64,000 nucleotides of DNA, taken from NCBI GenBank assembly GCA_003568415.1, contig PWXV01000336.1, positions 69,774-133,773 on the forward strand, written 5' to 3'. Shown piece after piece: positions 60,025-64,000 of this stretch (positions are counted from its first letter, which is position 1; each line of letters starts with the position of its first letter). The DNA is from Ignavibacteriales bacterium. GTDB taxonomy: Bacteria > Bacteroidota > Ignavibacteria > T3Sed10-11. Made by a program: the position numbers and the translations under genes. The notes beneath the pieces were generated by a model that was not told the DNA's origin, made no database searches, and worked only from the letters and a program-made list of their open reading frames with translations.

Positions 60025-62352
60025 ATGCAAAAGTATATATTTTTTGCAATACTTGTTTTGATTGTTTTTTCTACAACCATCCTTGCAGAAGAACCTTCAC
60101 GCGGCTGGCTGACCGTTGACAAGATTATGCAGGATGCTGCCTGGATCGGGTCCTCTCCCGAAGATGTATTCTGGTCTGAAGATGGTTCAATGATTTACTT
60201 CACTTGGAGAACGCAGAAAGACGATGGTGATTCCCTGTATGTAGTATCTGCTGAGGGTGGGATGCCGGAACGTGTTCCGCTGAGTGAATACCGGAAGCTG
60301 CCATCGCGTCGCGGTGAGTACAACAGGGACCGCACGAAAAAGGTGTATGAAAAATATGGTGATATTTTCATCTACGATATTAAGGAGGGTGAGGAATATC
60401 AATTAACCAATACACTGAAACGAAAATCCAACCCACAATTCACCCTGGATGAAAGCAAGATTACTTTCGAGAGTGAAAATAACTTTTTTACGTATGATCT
60501 TGAATCAGGACTGATCTCACAACTCACGAATATACAGAAGGGTCGATCACCACGCGAACAGTCTCCTACCGAGAAGGAAGAGTATCTTCGTGAACAGGAA
60601 TTAGCATTATTTGAGGTTCTTCGTGAAAGGAAACGGCGACGCGAAAAAGCCGAAGCATTAGAAGAGGCACTTCGGCCGTCGTATCCTGCTCCATATTATA
60701 TCGACGAAAAATCGGTATCCTCGTTTGTCCTTTCACCCGATGAACGGTATATTTCATTTATTATACCGGAACGTGATCGGCGGGCAAAACCAACTGAAGT
60801 GCCAAACTATATCACAGAAAACGGCTATACCGAAACAATACGCAGCAGACCAAAAACCGGATACCCCGCAATGCGAATGGGAAAAAAAATATATGATACA
60901 AAAAAGGATACGGTCTATAGCCTGAATGTCGATGCACTGCAAAGTGAAGATAATGCCCGGGAGAGTAACGACCTCCTGTACGGTCCGGTACTCTGGTCGC
61001 CTGATGGTCGTCATGCAATGACCCAGATCTTTTCACAGGATAATAAACACCGCTGGATAGTTACAATCGATGTTGCTGAAGCAGCCGTCTCAAAAGTGCT
61101 TGAATATCAGTATGATGAAGCCTGGCTTCGGGGACCGGGTATTCGTGGATGGGGAATACAAACAACACTGGGCTGGATGCCCGATTCTAAACATGTGTAT
61201 TTCCAATCTGAGGAAACCGGTTACTCAAATCTATACATTGTGGATAGTAACGGAGAGAATAAACAAGCCCTGACCGGCGGTTCTTTTGAAGTTTACCGCG
61301 CGATTATTTCCAGGAATGAAGAACACTGGTATCTTACAACTAATGAAAGGCATTTCGGAGAACGGCATCTCTATACGATGCCGCTCATGGGAGGAACCCG
61401 CACCCAAATCACCAAACTCGAGGGAAGAAATGATACCTATATTTCTCCCGGTGAGTACCGGATTGCAATACTCCGTTCTTTTAAAAACGAAATGCCTGAG
61501 TTGTACATTATGGATAATGAACCGGGCGCACAACCCGAACGCATAACTCATTCAGCTTCGGACGAGTTTCTGGCATACGATTGGCGGATTCCGGAGTTAA
61601 TAAAATTTGAAGCACGTGACGGTGCAAGGGTACCGGCACGGTTATATAAGCCTGAAAAACCAAACAATGCTGCGGTAATTTTTGTCCACGGTGCGGGATA
61701 TCTGCAGAATGCACACCGATGGTGGAGCTCATATTTCCGGGAGTATATGTTCCATAATCTGCTGGCAGATAAAGGGTACACTGTACTTGACATAGATTAT
61801 CGCGGTAGTGCCGGTCTCGGTCGTGACTGGCGGACGGCTATTTATACGCATATGGGTGGTAAGGATCTCGATGATCATATCGATGGTGCAAACTACCTGG
61901 TCGAAGAACATGGTATCGACCCGGAGCGCATAGGAATTTACGGCGGCTCCTACGGCGGGTTTATTGTTTTTATGGCAATGTTTACCGAGCCTGGTGTATT
62001 TGCTTCGGGGGCCGCACTACGTCCGGTAACCGACTGGGCGCATTATGCACATTGGTATTCTTCAAATATTCTTGATATTCCGTTTGAAAATCAGGAAAAT
62101 TACAAAAGAAGTTCTCCAATCTATCATGCAGAAGGATTTGAAGGATCGCTGCTTATTACCGCACCGATGGTTGATACGAATGTACATTTCCAGGATGTAG
62201 TCCGGCTTTCACAGCGATTAATCGAACTCGGAAAGGAGAACTGGGAGGTTGCGTTATATCCTGTTGAAGATCACGGATTTGTTGAACCCTCGAGCTGGAC
62301 GGATCAGTACCGGCGAATTTTACGTTTGTTTGAAGAAACATTACAACAATAA
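60025..62352 (+). CDS. S9-family serine peptidase (prolyl oligopeptidase/dipeptidyl-peptidase type) with an N-terminal beta-propeller.
   Basis: Signal peptide, and a catalytic nucleophile elbow GIYGGSYGGF. The Asp/His region is at the C-terminus (DTNVHF...EDHGF). Confidence 0.85.
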   Translation: MQKYIFFAILVLIVFSTTILAEEPSRGWLTVDKIMQDAAWIGSSPEDVFWSEDGSMIYFTWRTQKDDGDSLYVVSAEGGMPERVPLSEYRKLPSRRGEYNRDRTKKVYEKYGDIFIYDIKEGEEYQLTNTLKRKSNPQFTLDESKITFESENNFFTYDLESGLISQLTNIQKGRSPREQSPTEKEEYLREQELALFEVLRERKRRREKAEALEEALRPSYPAPYYIDEKSVSSFVLSPDERYISFIIPERDRRAKPTEVPNYITENGYTETIRSRPKTGYPAMRMGKKIYDTKKDTVYSLNVDALQSEDNARESNDLLYGPVLWSPDGRHAMTQIFSQDNKHRWIVTIDVAEAAVSKVLEYQYDEAWLRGPGIRGWGIQTTLGWMPDSKHVYFQSEETGYSNLYIVDSNGENKQALTGGSFEVYRAIISRNEEHWYLTTNERHFGERHLYTMPLMGGTRTQITKLEGRNDTYISPGEYRIAILRSFKNEMPELYIMDNEPGAQPERITHSASDEFLAYDWRIPELIKFEARDGARVPARLYKPEKPNNAAVIFVHGAGYLQNAHRWWSSYFREYMFHNLLADKGYTVLDIDYRGSAGLGRDWRTAIYTHMGGKDLDDHIDGANYLVEEHGIDPERIGIYGGSYGGFIVFMAMFTEPGVFASGAALRPVTDWAHYAHWYSSNILDIPFENQENYKRSSPIYHAEGFEGSLLITAPMVDTNVHFQDVVRLSQRLIELGKENWEVALYPVEDHGFVEPSSWTDQYRRILRLFEETLQQ

Positions 62353-62370
62353 TACAAACAGTTACCAAGG

Positions 62371-63372
62371 ATGATCATGAAAAATGCTCAGATATCAGGA
62401 ATAGGACATCACGTCCCTGATCGTGTCGTAACAAATTTCGATCTGGAAAAAATGATGGATACGACGAATGAATGGATACTTGAACGAACAGGTATCCATA
62501 CACGAAGATGGGTAACCGATGGCGATACCCTGTCGGGTCTTGCTCATAAAGCAACTTTGAAAGCGCTCGATATGGCAGGGAAGAAACCCGATGATATTCA
62601 ATTCATTATTTTTGCAAGTCTTGCCTCGGATCATGAATTTCCCGGCGGGGGATGTTTTTTACAGGAGAAGTTGGGCTTACCCGGTATTCCTGCAATGGAT
62701 ATTCGAAATGCATGCAGTGGTTTCGTTTATGGTTTGTCCGTTGCAGATCAATTCATCAAAACAGGAATGTACGATACCATACTCCTTATCGGTGCCGAGA
62801 TACAGAGTACTTCGCTCGATCTCACAACCCGCGGCCGCGATGTCTCGGTGATATTCGGCGATGGTGCAGGGGCAGCTGTTATTACCGCTACGGATAATAA
62901 GGAAAAAGGTGTTTTAACGACTCATCTGCACGCCGATGGCCGATTTGCCAGTAAATTATGGGCAGATGCTCCATCGGTAAATGATAATCCCCGAATCTCA
63001 AAGGAATTGGTTGAAACTGATCGAATATTTCCGAAGATGGAAGGACGGTTTGTCTTCAAACATGCGGTTACACGTTTTCCGGAGGTTATACAAGAGGCAC
63101 TCACTGCTACCGGTTATTCAAATGACGATCTGGATCTTGTAATACCTCACCAAGCAAATATTCGTATTACTGAAGCGGTTGCCCATCGACTCCAGATGGG
63201 GATGGATAAAGTCTATAGTAACATCGAGCGTTATGGTAACACAACTGCCGCTTCAATACCAATTGCGATAAGTGAAGCTGTTGAGCAAGGGCTTATCAAG
63301 GATAATTCGCTTGTTTGTCTGGCATCGTTCGGAGCCGGATTCACATGGGCATCAGCGCTCATCAGGTGGTAA
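62371..63372 (+). CDS. fabH: 3-oxoacyl-[ACP] synthase III.
   Basis: FabH motifs (active-site Cys in DIRNACSGFVYGL; C-terminal GNTTAASIPIA...GAGFTWAS). Confidence 0.9.
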   Translation: MIMKNAQISGIGHHVPDRVVTNFDLEKMMDTTNEWILERTGIHTRRWVTDGDTLSGLAHKATLKALDMAGKKPDDIQFIIFASLASDHEFPGGGCFLQEKLGLPGIPAMDIRNACSGFVYGLSVADQFIKTGMYDTILLIGAEIQSTSLDLTTRGRDVSVIFGDGAGAAVITATDNKEKGVLTTHLHADGRFASKLWADAPSVNDNPRISKELVETDRIFPKMEGRFVFKHAVTRFPEVIQEALTATGYSNDDLDLVIPHQANIRITEAVAHRLQMGMDKVYSNIERYGNTTAASIPIAISEAVEQGLIKDNSLVCLASFGAGFTWASALIRW

Positions 63373-64000
63373 GGTTTCAGATTCAACTTCATCCTCGTCG
63401 TACCGGCGGCGCTCAATGATTTTCTTAATGAACGCAATGATAACAAGAAGTGCTCCGAGCAGAAATAGAATTTGAAACATATTTCTGCTGATGTAGGTGA
63501 ACCATGAAACCCGCGCCTGTATGTCGCTTGACCAGTTACGTTCGATTTGTCGCAGCGAATGAGGGAGTACTGTTGCAAATGCCCGGTCGACCGATGCATT
63601 ATGACGCATTTCGTGAATAATCTCTTTCAGCGAACGTTCACCATAGGTAGTTACAATGAAGTCTATAAAACTTTGGCTTTGTTGATAAGCGAGCATTGTT
63701 TCGCTTCTACCTGACGGAAAATATTCAAGTTCATCAAGACGAAAAAGGTTATCTCTCATTGCTGCATTTTCAAGAACCGACCAGCCGGGATCTGTGGTCA
63801 ATTCACTGATACCACCTGTTACCCATTGTGAAACACCTTCATCAAACCAACGCGGGAGAATATCGGAATCAATGTGACGATGAAGGAGAAGGTGAGATAG
63901 TTCGTGTTTTACTGTGGCGCGAAGTCTGAACGGATTATCGATCATCCGGGTATAATCAATAATCATCAGATTATGTCGTGGAATTGCAACTGCAACCACC
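63352..64000 (-). CDS. HExxH-motif putative metallopeptidase with a C-terminal TM anchor. Partial: the N-terminus lies beyond the window end.
   Basis: VKHELSHLLLH motif. The ORF is open at 64000, and its 3' end overlaps fabH by 21 bp in convergent orientation. Confidence 0.5.
   Translation of the reverse strand, partial: VVAVAIPRHNLMIIDYTRMIDNPFRLRATVKHELSHLLLHRHIDSDILPRWFDEGVSQWVTGGISELTTDPGWSVLENAAMRDNLFRLDELEYFPSGRSETMLAYQQSQSFIDFIVTTYGERSLKEIIHEMRHNASVDRAFATVLPHSLRQIERNWSSDIQARVSWFTYISRNMFQILFLLGALLVIIAFIKKIIERRRYDEDEVESETLPPDER

Overview
This 64-kb window is a gene-dense chromosomal segment, about 90% coding. Almost all genes lie on the + strand; the only minus-strand genes are a copper-resistance module at 38.7-42.5 kb and a partial CDS at the 3' end. 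Sigma70-like -35/-10 promoter candidates, AGGAGG-type ribosome-binding sites, a T9SS C-terminal sorting domain and a Bacteroidota-style small SRP RNA together suggest a Bacteroidota/Ignavibacteriota/Chlorobiota-group bacterium (low-confidence inference).

Gene content, in order:
- 0-6 kb: folK (3' part), a deoxynucleoside kinase, an HExxH protein, asnS, and an ABC-2 exporter pair.
- 6-13.6 kb: a stand-alone nuoJKLMN block, with no nuoA-I upstream in the window, followed by nnr.
- 13.6-17.1 kb: VanZ, TonB, CorC/HlyC and CapA.
- 17.1-24.1 kb: a giant 1658-aa cytoplasmic multi-PAS/GAF histidine kinase, two orphan receiver proteins and a nitrilase-family gene.
- 24.2-36.2 kb: htpX, a bamD-like lipoprotein, a thioesterase, an FG-GAP protein that overlaps an HExxH/T9SS protein, and a System-I cytochrome c maturation cluster ccmA-B-C-(D)-E-F.
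- 36.3-42.5 kb: a DNPH1/Rcl-like N-hydrolase, yihY, a geranylgeranyl-reductase-family gene, and a divergent copper module (copZ-copA-AraC/HMA regulator-secreted protein).
- 42.6 kb: an unlisted SRP RNA gene (ffs).
- 43-64 kb: rng, gcvT, comB, ftsK, lolA, uppP, a cyclophilin, an NSS transporter with an unlisted small subunit, holA, a polyprenol-kinase/DUF92 fusion, an S9 peptidase, fabH and others.

No CRISPR array, transposase, integrase or tRNA gene was seen. I found no single striking novel system, but several observations stand out. CcmE carries a CxxxY motif in place of HxxxY. Three features missing from the ORF track look real: a CcmD-like 54-aa ORF, a 39-aa NSS small subunit, and ffs. 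The giant sensor kinase module, the prenol-kinase/DUF92 fusion, and the copper-responsive AraC-HMA regulator are also worth a second look.
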